Source of the DNA: Verrucomicrobiota bacterium
GTDB lineage: Bacteria; Verrucomicrobiota; Verrucomicrobiia; Verrucomicrobiales; Akkermansiaceae
DNA: 64,000 nt
Assembly: GCA_046051965.1 (NCBI GenBank)
Contig: JBJONG010000018.1
Location: forward strand, 13,094-77,093
Direction of reading: 5' to 3'
Positions 41,801 to 49,966 of the stretch are shown here, one piece after another (the first letter of the stretch is position 1; every line of letters starts with the position of its first letter). Under the pieces are notes generated by a model. The model was not told the DNA's origin. It did not search any database and was given only the letters and a program-made list of their open reading frames with translations. The translations under genes and the position numbers were made by a program.

Positions 41801-41817
41801 TCGATGAGTGATGACAT
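35836..41817 (-). CDS. DEAD/DEAH SF2 helicase with DUF1998 and a C-terminal PLD/MIT_C-like extension (DruE/MrfA-related)
   Basis: GTGSGKT, YPLNALANDQ, TNYAMLE, LDEVH, SAS, FSDSRQDAA, EHTA, STTMEVGIDLG and NYQQRAGRAGR; several CxxC clusters; DUF1998 CSKGCSASCSGC; tail with SDRY and HDRRI. Confidence 0.88.
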   Translation of the reverse strand: MSSLIDPIEVDPIHLEEDLRDRMERYLLTALPISRRFPRLREAARTQFRAPDTLVKGPFLEALPDFPKGATLESLVNDNVIHEGFSKLPEDVYRYRKLHEHQEIAIRRVVGKKNIVVATGTGSGKTETFLYPMLDALLKEDLKNKDGIRAILIYPLNALANDQLYSRLVPILAKELEDYGISIGRFTGQTDRRKTRAQLADELLARDSMKALLGNRIPPNWLLSRDEMLLTPPNVLVTNYAMLEHLLLLPQNRALFTRSKLKFLVLDEVHIYAGTQASEVALLLRKLRVKFGGDEEIRCIATSASLGEGEQAKRDVAKFASRLFGAAFKQEDVITSKRETHELLAVGESVAGLSDDEWQASHRVLKEVRLGGASCSAWNEKIRAAGISRFEVDEASDNLAGQLCRLLAKEPVVRRISRILADRSVVDFSELADELFPESGNRLEALKGVVAMGAFARLRKQDFPLLPARYHFFTKGIEEATVRLAHPSENPEGACDLQFRRNFGNRTDGQRYRLMTCRKCGELYIEGYEADRIGGERSLSPIYESGRKRTLFWIKPQRNRLQHEEMEDDSAQTTLRPVFIHLKNGTLRDDLGDEDASEWALCDYAKSTRPTPEELAENPDLRDRFTECESCGSRDESEIITGFHQGDQAFSTTISEVLYSHLPTIKADETTRRKTPGRGRNMLVFSDSRQDAAFFYPYFQRSHEEILVKRELLRILKREGNIRLKELSVELARLPILKHGLTDKDNKIPSEDDRETLIAGHLYREFSAPGGSRTSLEELGLVDIEFGNIEFDAVANDSGIPSVIGGNLVRWIVDTLRNRRAVTLPRGISAKDDFVWGSYAQADRAYRLEGKEPGLARFCFLNYNAAGNSYATSFRHVLRDQLGLGNWEDVLRSVWSLLGQDNDNPLLVETPDSNLIRVLDSSRIKIKLSDGNTPRFGCTRCVHITAHPVGGKCTKWNCGGEMREIPKVEWETRQNENHYRFLYSGLQEGAFPSAIVREHTAAISADEREKIEEKFKKQQVNVLSSSTTMEVGIDLGDLEGVFLRNVPPEISNYQQRAGRAGRRAQAAPVAVTFARNRNYDQLQFEEAQQFLTKAPPTPTVHLGNQRLLERHQFSILLGDFLTHLALIGRGLQIGELFGLTRFDLTGNNVTPADPSRITYGEQEEAAFLSGLAVWINGTESKPAKTACADLFEILSINDGLTAEEITFLGGEQVFLVQRFVEGMTILSEKFAQRYRYYTAKAREAHNAGGRSDYLRENAYRWANQPIVNFLSRHGMIPTYSFPVDSIELEIVKENRWSTDQIELVRDAKLGITEYAPGAEVVANGRIWTSRCIPYQPREFRPTMYYITCGQCRHIVTADQKDDLPKLCPACQSDPGSTPRPFIEPSCFSTAFYERRGKEPRSSREIPKPAMETQLVTGAPDSHFQGTVLQEVSYASRKARDAQLVIINRGRGGGFRSCRCGYSEPVPNSRRAMEPHRLPYSDSACDQGLSFGGFDLAHSFYTDVAQIRVGRIVPLALATDGTALDREIVCRTIIEALRKAAANLYQIPERELGVTYRPLSSGLEIVLFDSVSGGAGYSERVVGGDFEKLFREAIHVLTCSKGCSASCSGCLRSFTNQRYWDDFRRIEALDWFEGVLRLKRKTVQEMGGTEISREVLDVLLKNSTEIVVFSRSLGDFGGDIPMQEEGTVELPVLETFKGWKQIKRWIADGKKVTLRASNIPSFQDPAQPKARRLAESLLPEVSSGSLVIERAFIANPPDFLLLEPGGKRTGVHIIEQSLQPLSSVEINSGSVLIVKTPNAEDLVKYDSIQGKISEYELRPPAGAERFNFGCGQVRDFRKLFGFLAAKKIARLRISDRYCLAEDWAEDYLFEFMREIGEIAASPIAELKLEYGPAANLRDQLPMQRRFENLKKRLEKLGNFSNTRIDGQLRLDKRTRNYHDRRIHCETEMTNSSAASGRSNRRPAATNPKYLLELTGGVSNLIDQGHETTVYLMRI

Positions 41818-41822
41818 ATTTT

Positions 41823-44800
41823 TTAGGAAATGTTAGATGGTGAAAATGCGAGATCGAAGAGAGCCACGTAGAAAGCGAAGAGTTCCGGACCAAAGCTAAA
41901 AAGCTGGGAAACCGTGAGTCCTTCGCCGGGTTTATTTGGAAAACTGAGAAGTTTCTCGAGGCGGGAACTGGCCTCGGATTCATTCGCTTTCCCGTGGGCC
42001 GCTAGGCGGCAGAGTCCAGCGACGCACCAGATCATGTTAGCAAGACGACGAGAGTCTTCATTCGCCAAACCAGGAGGAACCCAATAGGCATTAAAATTTC
42101 CCGCTGGCCCACGAAATTCCATACGAATACCCGCCCGTTCCTTAATGAAAATCGCAGCGGATTCAACGTTCCGCTGCACCGCCTCCAGTCCGATCGTAAG
42201 CCACCGAAGATCTCTCCGATTTTCTTGTTGGCTTGTTTGTGCTAGAATTCTTGTTCTTCCGTTCAGCTTTACTACAGCTTCGAGAAGGTGCGATGGTGAC
42301 AAAAGCAGGCCGTCTTTCTCGGCATCAAAGTTAGGTTCACCCAGCGAAGATAAAAAATTCTGAAAATCGAAACTTCCCAGATCTCCTGATCCTGAACTTT
42401 TCACAAAAGACCACCGCTCGAATGCCGAAAAACAATTCAAGTTGATGGATGGTGACTGCTCAAAAATTTCACTCTTCGCGAATTCAATCAAACCGCCGAT
42501 AGATTGTATTTTCACCCCGAGCATCAACGAAGATTCAAGACGCCCGACAGTCTCCTCGCTATCCGGCGATTCAACTCCTGCCAACCGTAGTAGAACCTGC
42601 GGCGCTATTCCAAAGAGGAATAACTTCACTTTCGCATGCTCACGCATTTGCGAAAACTCTGCCAATTCATGAATCCCTTCTTGCCACCACGCGGAATGAT
42701 CGGCGGTCGTAAAAGGTTGACGGCTTGCCGCAAGAATCCACGGCCAGTTTTCCAGCCATACGGCGCAGTGCCTCGATTCTCCGCTCGACCATACCGTGGA
42801 GGGATATTGGAAATTCAATACGTCACGACAGAGTCGCAGGGCATCACGGATTTCATCATCCGACATTGCGCTGAGCTTCGCGTTGACTTCCGCATCGACC
42901 TTTCCTCCTTTCGGCTTTCTTGCGCCGAAAAGATACATCCACCACGGCTCGCCCTCCGGCATCCGGGTGACACCGAAGACGGGAAACCTTAACTTCGAGT
43001 AGCCATGTTCCTCACGCGCGTGAACGAAATCCCATTCTTCGCGAGATGAAGCCCTGTGAACCAAGTCGAGAAAATAGAAGCCCTGCGGGATGATGTCCCG
43101 GTCGATTTGCAAAGAAACTCTCAACGAAGATTGGTCCTTGTGGCGGTTCGGTTTGGCGTGAACCGCAATTCCTTCCCCTAGATCCATTTTGATGTCGTCG
43201 AATAGCTCGTCGGTCACATCGCCTGGCTCTTCTACCGTACGCCGGAGCGCGATGCTTTTCACGTAGCCTGACTGCCGACAGGTGAGGTCATCACCAAGGT
43301 TTCGAATTCTCACACCGACTTCATACAACTCCGCCATCGGCAGGTTGATCGACCAGCGATCATAATTCCCTTCAGTTTTTGGATGGGGACGCTGGGTGCT
43401 CAATGGCCGCCTAATACGGAAAAGGTGAACCTTCGCACCGCCAGCGTTTTCCGCCCAAACCTTGCCGTGCCCCTGAAACATGAGTGACAGGCTTGCCAGC
43501 GAGACCACCTCCACGGTTCTTGTCGGCGACAGGGAAACCACATGCTCTCCATTGCAAAGAATTTTCCAGACTTCAAAGCCCCCAGAAGAGAATCGGATTC
43601 TTCTTCTGTCGCTTTTCAGCGCGATCAGTTCCTCATTATGCTGAATGGAATGTGCTTCGGGATCGTCTGGAGAAAATTGTTCGCAGCGGATTCCGGGACG
43701 TTTCAAAGAAAGAGTGGTTCCGTCATTCAATCGAATCTGAACATGCGGACATTTCATGCCGCCTTCGAAAACGAGATCGTCACCCTGTTTCTTCAAACCA
43801 ACCGATTTGGCTAAGTCCACATTTCCTGGAAACTCTACCAGATGGAATCCCCGTCTCTCATCCACCTCGGACAAACCTTTCCAATAGTAGATCTCACTCG
43901 CCACCGTCCGGTCACCCCACTTTGCCTTCAATACAATTCGGTGGATTCCAGGTTCTCGCATCCGTGTATGATTTGTGATAATTTCATCGAGAACTACGGA
44001 TTCCCTCAAGGCGGATTCACCTGTTGATGGAGAAATCCGGATGGGCGATTCCTCGCTCCCGATCCTCAGCATCGCGTGGCTTTCTCCTTTGTCATGCAGC
44101 CACAGCCGTAGTCCGGCCTGCTCTCCCCAACATAATCTGCTGCCATCATCAAGAAGGAGGCTGCCACCCAGCCCCCCGAAGTAGAACTGGTTCCTGAACT
44201 CACAAGTGAGGGAGATTTTCCGCCCGCGAAATGAGAGATTCACCGCCGGATCCCCCGGGCGAAACTCCGGCAGACTGGCCACCGATGGAACATCGCCATG
44301 GAAAGCACAAACCCTGAAACCGTTTTTCCGGACAAAGCACTCATCATCCGATCCTCCTTCCGCTTCCGGGTGTGTGAGGACATGATACGCTCCTGGTGTA
44401 AGTGAAATCACATCTCCCGCTCTTGTCCTCGTTTCCTTTCCGGTTCCGTATTGGAATATCCGAAAAGGTGTCGTCTCGTTGAACCCACTTTCCAGCTCGA
44501 ATGGGAGAGCTGCTTTGCCATCGCGCAGACCATCCAATTCGATCTTATAGTTGCGGGCCTCCGCATCAATTCGAATAACGACTTCATGGCGTGCCCATCG
44601 CGACACCCCATCGACTCTCCACACGGTCTTCTCGTCCGCCATTGCGGGTGGTACTGCGGGTAGAACCATCACCAAAGATTCATCGAACGGGTCGTATGCA
44701 AGGTGAGGACGAGGTAGGATGCGGTTTCTTCCCGTGGATTTCTCGGCAGCGAAGGCCTTGCGCAGGTGCTCGGGCAGTGCGGCTTCATCCCCCTGATAAA

Positions 44801-45590
44801 AAGATACCAGGCGGGAAACGAGCATCCCGCCTACTTCCGATTCGAGGATGTCCTTGAGATTCTTGCTGTGATGGCAATGGGTAGCCAAAACCTTTGAGAA
44901 TTGGTTGCATCCGGTCACGTCGTCTGAGGATGGCAGGTATTGCTGATGGTTAAACGCAGCACGGTAGGCGGACGTGAGATATGAACGGCCATCCAGCTCC
45001 CAACAATGGATGATGCCGGCTTGGAAAAGGAAGGGGGCGATGTTACGGCGCTCGCCAATTTCCCCGATTCGAAGCCCCAGAATGTGACAAGCCTTTTGGA
45101 ACGCTACGCTGAGATCGGTTCGGTCACCTGAAGGGATTGTCCGCTGCATACCATTTTCAAAGCATGGCCAAAACTCTCTGAGATTATCTTCGGATGTCGC
45201 CCTCACCAGAGCCAGTCCGTATGCAGTGGCGGCAGGATACCGGCTCAACAATCCCACCAGCGATGCGTTGCTTAACTCGATTAATGTCGCTGAGATTGCC
45301 TCCTGTTCTTCCTTTGTAACATCGAGCAATCCGAGAATCGCACTGTCTCTTTCAAACGCGGAAATTTTCTCTCTGATATTCTGATCATAGAGTTCAAGCC
45401 TCTGGAATGCTGTCCGACTAGTTTGTTCCACGTTCGTTCCTTTGGAGTTTTTTGGTTCCGCGCTATTCTGGCGAGAAGATAATTCAGGATCGCACTCATC
45501 CATCTCAGCACGAATAAAGTGATTACCCTCGCGACGTCTTGCCGTGCGGCTTTCAGCCTTGAGGATCTCGGTTCGATCCCAATGCGTCAT
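41823..45590 (-). CDS. Large hypothetical protein, partner of the helicase
   Basis: 1278-codon ORF (41823..45659; start uncertain, 45590 or 45502 plausible) ending 5 bp before the helicase start, with the same lower-GC style. Helical N-terminus, beta-rich middle, helical C-terminus; no recognised family. Confidence 0.8.
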   Translation of the reverse strand: MTHWDRTEILKAESRTARRREGNHFIRAEMDECDPELSSRQNSAEPKNSKGTNVEQTSRTAFQRLELYDQNIREKISAFERDSAILGLLDVTKEEQEAISATLIELSNASLVGLLSRYPAATAYGLALVRATSEDNLREFWPCFENGMQRTIPSGDRTDLSVAFQKACHILGLRIGEIGERRNIAPFLFQAGIIHCWELDGRSYLTSAYRAAFNHQQYLPSSDDVTGCNQFSKVLATHCHHSKNLKDILESEVGGMLVSRLVSFYQGDEAALPEHLRKAFAAEKSTGRNRILPRPHLAYDPFDESLVMVLPAVPPAMADEKTVWRVDGVSRWARHEVVIRIDAEARNYKIELDGLRDGKAALPFELESGFNETTPFRIFQYGTGKETRTRAGDVISLTPGAYHVLTHPEAEGGSDDECFVRKNGFRVCAFHGDVPSVASLPEFRPGDPAVNLSFRGRKISLTCEFRNQFYFGGLGGSLLLDDGSRLCWGEQAGLRLWLHDKGESHAMLRIGSEESPIRISPSTGESALRESVVLDEIITNHTRMREPGIHRIVLKAKWGDRTVASEIYYWKGLSEVDERRGFHLVEFPGNVDLAKSVGLKKQGDDLVFEGGMKCPHVQIRLNDGTTLSLKRPGIRCEQFSPDDPEAHSIQHNEELIALKSDRRRIRFSSGGFEVWKILCNGEHVVSLSPTRTVEVVSLASLSLMFQGHGKVWAENAGGAKVHLFRIRRPLSTQRPHPKTEGNYDRWSINLPMAELYEVGVRIRNLGDDLTCRQSGYVKSIALRRTVEEPGDVTDELFDDIKMDLGEGIAVHAKPNRHKDQSSLRVSLQIDRDIIPQGFYFLDLVHRASSREEWDFVHAREEHGYSKLRFPVFGVTRMPEGEPWWMYLFGARKPKGGKVDAEVNAKLSAMSDDEIRDALRLCRDVLNFQYPSTVWSSGESRHCAVWLENWPWILAASRQPFTTADHSAWWQEGIHELAEFSQMREHAKVKLFLFGIAPQVLLRLAGVESPDSEETVGRLESSLMLGVKIQSIGGLIEFAKSEIFEQSPSINLNCFSAFERWSFVKSSGSGDLGSFDFQNFLSSLGEPNFDAEKDGLLLSPSHLLEAVVKLNGRTRILAQTSQQENRRDLRWLTIGLEAVQRNVESAAIFIKERAGIRMEFRGPAGNFNAYWVPPGLANEDSRRLANMIWCVAGLCRLAAHGKANESEASSRLEKLLSFPNKPGEGLTVSQLFSFGPELFAFYVALFDLAFSPSNIS

Positions 45591-45683
45591 GTTTGAATGC
45601 CCTCGTTTACCCCCCTGCCCAGCTTCGGTTTTCATGGGATGATGAATATTCCCCGGCATGATTTTTGGCTAGACTTTTAGGAC

Positions 45684-45696
45684 TCATACCGTATGA
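45684..45696. promoter_or_regulatory. Candidate LysR binding site (T-N11-A dyad)
   Basis: TCATAC-C-GTATGA, a perfect 13-bp palindrome 10 bp upstream of the LysR ATG in the divergent intergenic region. Confidence 0.6.
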
Positions 45697-45706
45697 TTGA
45701 AGAGTC

Positions 45707-46633
45707 ATGTCAGGAGACCCTCTGCTTAAAAAAGGAATCTCGCTCGAGCGCCTTCATGCCTTCGCAAGCATCGTCTCCAATGGGAGCATCGTGGAAGCGG
45801 CGAAGAGCGATCCCACCCGCCAGAGCCTACTTAGCCGCCAGGTTAAGGAGCTTGAAAGCACGATTGAAATCACACTGCTTGACCGCTCCACCACCCCCCA
45901 CCCCCCAACGGAAGCCGGTAGAAAGTTAGCCCGCTTAATTCAGGATTTCTCCACCGATTTTAGAGATTTCGTAACAACCAACCGCCTCCTGCCCGCGCCG
46001 ATTCTGATTGCATCGAACGAGAGCCTTCTCTCGTGGTTCGTCATTCCAAGGCTCAAGCGTTTGATCGCTGGAGACCAGTCACTCCAGATTGAGCTTCACA
46101 ACCTACGCTCCCCACAAGCGGCGGATTCCCTCCGCACAGGCAAAGTCGATTTTGTCATTCACCACTCATCTGCTGAATTCTCTGATTTCGAAAGCACGCC
46201 CATCGGACACTATGGAGTAAAAGCCTTAGTGCCTCATTCGAAAAAAATTCGCTCGGATTCACCGCTATCCTGGGGCGATTTGCCTCATTGCCCGCTGGCG
46301 CTTTTGGGTGGTTCTGGAAAACTCAGCACGCTTGTAAAGCAACTCGCAGGTGAGACGCCTAACAGGCAGATCATCCATTGTGCCTCCTACAACCAAGTCG
46401 TACGCAGTTGCGCAGAACTTGGCGCTTTGGCAATTCTTCCGGAAATCGCTTGCTTGGGTGTAAAGCCACAAACCCATCTGATCCTTGATCTCAAAGAAAC
46501 CTTGGATTTCAAATACGATGTCCGGCTGTTCTGGAAAAAATCCAGACTCGATAAAAATCTTCTTCTTGGGAAATTTCTAGAAAATTTGTTACGATCAGCA
46601 ACAGGAATTACGGCTCTAAGATTATCGAAATAG
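45707..46633 (+). CDS. LysR family transcriptional regulator
   Basis: N-terminal HTH SLERLHAFASIVSNGSIVEAAK...QSLLSRQVKELESTIEITLLDRS...TEAGRKL and a substrate-binding-type C-terminus (LRTGKVDFVI). Confidence 0.88.
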   Translation: MSGDPLLKKGISLERLHAFASIVSNGSIVEAAKSDPTRQSLLSRQVKELESTIEITLLDRSTTPHPPTEAGRKLARLIQDFSTDFRDFVTTNRLLPAPILIASNESLLSWFVIPRLKRLIAGDQSLQIELHNLRSPQAADSLRTGKVDFVIHHSSAEFSDFESTPIGHYGVKALVPHSKKIRSDSPLSWGDLPHCPLALLGGSGKLSTLVKQLAGETPNRQIIHCASYNQVVRSCAELGALAILPEIACLGVKPQTHLILDLKETLDFKYDVRLFWKKSRLDKNLLLGKFLENLLRSATGITALRLSK

Positions 46634-46841
46634 AGCGTTGGCATTCGACCCTAAAAACTCCACCTCCGTCATATCAGGTGAGGCGTGTAAACACCTTACC
46701 GGTACGGGAAATTTCGTCCAAAATAAAAAGCGTTCCAAGGAACCTACATCAATACCCGACGCATAACGTTGTTCTCCAATTCCCCAGAATCGCATGTGGA
46801 AATTAACCTTGGCATCGCTCCATCTCAACGACCCAGTACCC

Positions 46842-47513
46842 ATGAAAATCGACATCCTCACCCTCTTCCCGGAGATCGCGCTCGCGCCGCTGGCCGATTC
46901 GATCATCCGGCGTGCGCAGGATTCGGGGATCGTGGAGGTGAATGGGCACAATTTGCGCGACTGGGCCGAGGACAAGCACCGCCGCGTGGACGACACGCCC
47001 TGCGGCGGCGGGCCAGGGATGGTCTTGCAGCCGGGGCCGCTGCACGCGGCGATCACGGCGCTGAAAAAAGAAAACACCCGCGTGATCCTAATGACTCCGC
47101 AGGGCGCTCCGCTCAAGCAGGCTCGCGTCCGCGAACTTTCCGCCGAAACCCACCTGCTCATCGTATGCGGCCACTACGAGGGCATCGACCACCGCATTGT
47201 CGAGACGTTGATCGACGAGGAAATCTCCATCGGCGATTACGTCCTCACCAACGGAGCCATCGCCGCTGCGGTTTTGTGCGATGCCGTGATCCGCCTGCTG
47301 CCCGGCGCGCTCGGTGATTCGCAATCCGCCGTCGAGGAATCCTTTTCCGATCCGAACCTGTTGGAAGCGCCGTGCTACACGCGACCCGTCGATTTCATGG
47401 GAATGAAAGTCCCGGAGGTTTTGCTCTCCGGAAACCACGCGAAGATCGGGGCATGGCGCAAGGAAAAGGCGCTTGAACGCACCCTCCAAAACCGCCCTGA
47501 TTTGCACCCATGA
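46842..47513 (+). CDS. trmD: tRNA (guanine37-N1)-methyltransferase
   Basis: MKIDILTLFPE, VDDTPCGGGPGMV, CGHYEGID, SIGDYVLTNG and VPEVLLSGNHAKI. Confidence 0.97.
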   Translation: MKIDILTLFPEIALAPLADSIIRRAQDSGIVEVNGHNLRDWAEDKHRRVDDTPCGGGPGMVLQPGPLHAAITALKKENTRVILMTPQGAPLKQARVRELSAETHLLIVCGHYEGIDHRIVETLIDEEISIGDYVLTNGAIAAAVLCDAVIRLLPGALGDSQSAVEESFSDPNLLEAPCYTRPVDFMGMKVPEVLLSGNHAKIGAWRKEKALERTLQNRPDLHP

Positions 47514-48679
47514 AACCCAGCCTCCTCCTTCTCTTCCTCGCCACCGCCGCTCACGCCAAGACCCTGAAAATCGAGGCCGGCGAACACCATCGCATCAACA
47601 CGGTCGTTACCGTCCCCACTCCCGATGATGTGCTGGAAAACCCCGGCCTGAAAACGGCGGATGGGAAAATCCTGCCGCTGCAGCTCTCCGACGACGGCAC
47701 GGCCAGCTTCATCCTGCCGGAGCTTGCGGCGGGGAAAACGGCGGAGTTCGCGCTCGTTGCCATGGAGAAACCTGCAGATGACATCGCGCTGGCTGAGGAG
47801 AAAGGCGGTGATGTCGCTCTTGGCGTTGGCAAGCGCCCGGTATCCGATTTCGTGGGCAAACGGACGGAGCTGCCCCGCGCGGACATCCCGCCGATCTACC
47901 TGCGCGGCGGCTACCTTCATCCCCTGCGCACACCTACGGGAAACATAGTAACCGACGACTATCCCGCGAACCACATCCACCACCACGGCGTGTGGACGGC
48001 GTGGACGAGCACCGTGTTCCAAGGCCGCAAGCCGGATTTCTGGAACATGGGCGACGGCAAGGGCAAGGTGGATTGCAAGGAGACGGGTTTCTCATGGTCG
48101 GGGCCGGTGCACGCCGGGCTGGAGGCGGAGAACGAATACACCGACCTGACCGGCGGTGCGCCGGTCATAGCGCTGAACGAAAGCTGGACGGTGAAAGCCT
48201 ACGCCGTCTCGGAAAAATTCCACCTGCTGGAACTGGAGTTCGAGCACACGATGGCGGGCGATGACGATCTGAAGCTTCCGGAATACCGCTACGGCGGCCT
48301 CGGAATCCGGGGTGCCAAGGCATGGAACGGCATCGGCACCGTGGATTTCCTGACCTCCGAAGGCCTCACCGACCGCGATGGGGCGAATGGAAAGCCCGCG
48401 CGCTGGATCGCGATGTCGGGAGCGGCGGGGGAGGGGAAAGCGGGCATCGCCATTCTTGGCCATCCGGAAAATTTCCGCGCGCCGCAACCGATCCGTATCC
48501 ATCCCAATGAGCCGTTCATCTCCTTCGCCCCGCAGATGGCGGGGGACATGGAGATCGCCCACGACAAGGCCTACCGCTCCGGATACCGCTTCGTCACCTT
48601 CGACGGTGCACCCGACAAACAGCTCCTCGACCGTCTCTGGAACGACTACGCCACCCCGCCGACTGCGGCTTGGGAGTGA
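47510..48679 (+). CDS. Secreted PmoA-family/DUF6807-like protein
   Basis: Signal peptide; YLHPLRTPTG..VTDDYPANHIHHHGVW, YGGLGIRG and HPENFRAPQP, typical of this PVC/Bacteroidetes family (not a true methane monooxygenase). Confidence 0.75.
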   Translation: MKPSLLLLFLATAAHAKTLKIEAGEHHRINTVVTVPTPDDVLENPGLKTADGKILPLQLSDDGTASFILPELAAGKTAEFALVAMEKPADDIALAEEKGGDVALGVGKRPVSDFVGKRTELPRADIPPIYLRGGYLHPLRTPTGNIVTDDYPANHIHHHGVWTAWTSTVFQGRKPDFWNMGDGKGKVDCKETGFSWSGPVHAGLEAENEYTDLTGGAPVIALNESWTVKAYAVSEKFHLLELEFEHTMAGDDDLKLPEYRYGGLGIRGAKAWNGIGTVDFLTSEGLTDRDGANGKPARWIAMSGAAGEGKAGIAILGHPENFRAPQPIRIHPNEPFISFAPQMAGDMEIAHDKAYRSGYRFVTFDGAPDKQLLDRLWNDYATPPTAAWE

Positions 48680-49797
48680 GCGCGTTTTCCAAGATCCTCC
48701 AGCGCAGCCATGAAGGCGTCATAGGCCGCCTGCGGGTTGCGGTAGGGGGAGAAGTAGCTTGTCACCTGGCCGTCGCTGCCGCCTTTGGTGGACATCCAGT
48801 AGAGGTGGTCCGATGACTGGAGCGCACCCCATGCGGCGATGAGTTTTGCGTCGCCGCCGGCCATCACCGGCGTTTCGAGGGAGCGGATTTTCGCGAGCGC
48901 CTCTTTCTGCATCGCGTTGCCCGTCCATGCGGAGAGGTCGCGCTCGGCGTCCGCCCACGAGGTGGCGCGGGGGCAATCGTATTCGCGTATCGCCGGATAG
49001 ATCGCCACGGCCTCGGAGGGCGTGACCCATTGGGAGCCGGATTCGATCAGGATTTCCGGAACTTTCCGCCAGAACTCATAGATGCCCTGCTCCTTTTTCT
49101 GGTGCTCGCCGATCGATTCGTAATCCATGAAAAGGTTCACGAGATCGCCGGGCGATTGGCCGACCCAAGCGGTGAATTTTTCCCACGTCAGCGGGAAGCC
49201 GGACCATGAGGGATCGGAGAAACGGAAGGCGAGGTCGTTGGAAAGCGTGTGGTTGCGCAGCAGGGTCTTGATGCGCGCGGTGTCGGGCGCGCGGTAGAGG
49301 AAGTTGGGGGAAATGCCGTCGGTGAAAGCCGGAGTGCCTTCGGCGATCACGCCATCGAAGCCAAGCGTCTCCGCCCGCGCGGCGATCGCGTTGTCATAGA
49401 TCAGCTCCGAGTTCCGGAACACCTTCGGGCGCACGGAGAAGCACTGCTCCATGAGATCGAGGTGCATGTCGGACTGGCGTTGGAATTCCTTTTCCGAATA
49501 GAGGAAAGCGAGCGAATGATGATACGTTTCCGCGAGCAGCTCCACGCCGCCGGTGGCGACGAGTTCCTGGAAGGACTCCAGCACGTCCGGTCTGAATTTC
49601 CGGAACTGCTCGATGACCGTGCCGGTGAGTGAGAGCGCCATGCGGAACAAGCCGTGGCTTTCCTCGATGCGTTTTCTGAACATGTCGTTGGCGGGCAGGT
49701 AGCACCTGTCGGCCACACGGTTGAGGATCTCGCGGTTGAGCTTTTCATCGAGTCGGTGCGGCTGGTGCACCTGGAAATAGAGGCAAACGTCGGGCAT
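48646..49797 (-). CDS. Glycoside hydrolase family 57 (alpha-amylase-like)
   Basis: YFQVHQP, FRNSELIY (nucleophile Glu), FMDYESIGEHQ (acid/base Asp) and SWADAERDLSAW; start reassigned to MPDVCL. Confidence 0.9.
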   Translation of the reverse strand: MPDVCLYFQVHQPHRLDEKLNREILNRVADRCYLPANDMFRKRIEESHGLFRMALSLTGTVIEQFRKFRPDVLESFQELVATGGVELLAETYHHSLAFLYSEKEFQRQSDMHLDLMEQCFSVRPKVFRNSELIYDNAIAARAETLGFDGVIAEGTPAFTDGISPNFLYRAPDTARIKTLLRNHTLSNDLAFRFSDPSWSGFPLTWEKFTAWVGQSPGDLVNLFMDYESIGEHQKKEQGIYEFWRKVPEILIESGSQWVTPSEAVAIYPAIREYDCPRATSWADAERDLSAWTGNAMQKEALAKIRSLETPVMAGGDAKLIAAWGALQSSDHLYWMSTKGGSDGQVTSYFSPYRNPQAAYDAFMAALEDLGKRAHSQAAVGGVA

Positions 49798-49966
49798 GGG
49801 TTGTGGAGGGTTGGGGAGAAGCGGAGGCCGCCATGAATCGCAGGAGAGAGCAAGGGTGTTGTCGGCTGGCCGATATCCTAATAGCAACACGCAGGCCAAG
49901 GCCAGCCTAACGCTTGATTGGGCGCATGAAACCGCTGAATGGGCGGAGCATATCGGCAACCCCTTC

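Noticed and set aside
35836-45659. DISARM, BREX or restriction-modification assignment for the helicase pair
   Set aside because: No methyltransferase, SNF2 helicase, PglZ or separate DrmA/B/C genes are present.
46622-46800. Possible tRNA, att site or small ORF at the right edge of the helicase island
   Set aside because: No cloverleaf or T-loop consensus and no direct repeat matching the left edge (~35830).
47510-48679. Methane monooxygenase interpretation of the PmoA-family protein
   Set aside because: It is a soluble secreted protein with no pmoB/pmoC; the family name does not imply methane oxidation.
48646-48679. 34-bp overlap of the convergent DUF6807-like and GH57 3' ends
   Set aside because: Short convergent overlaps are common and do not indicate a system.
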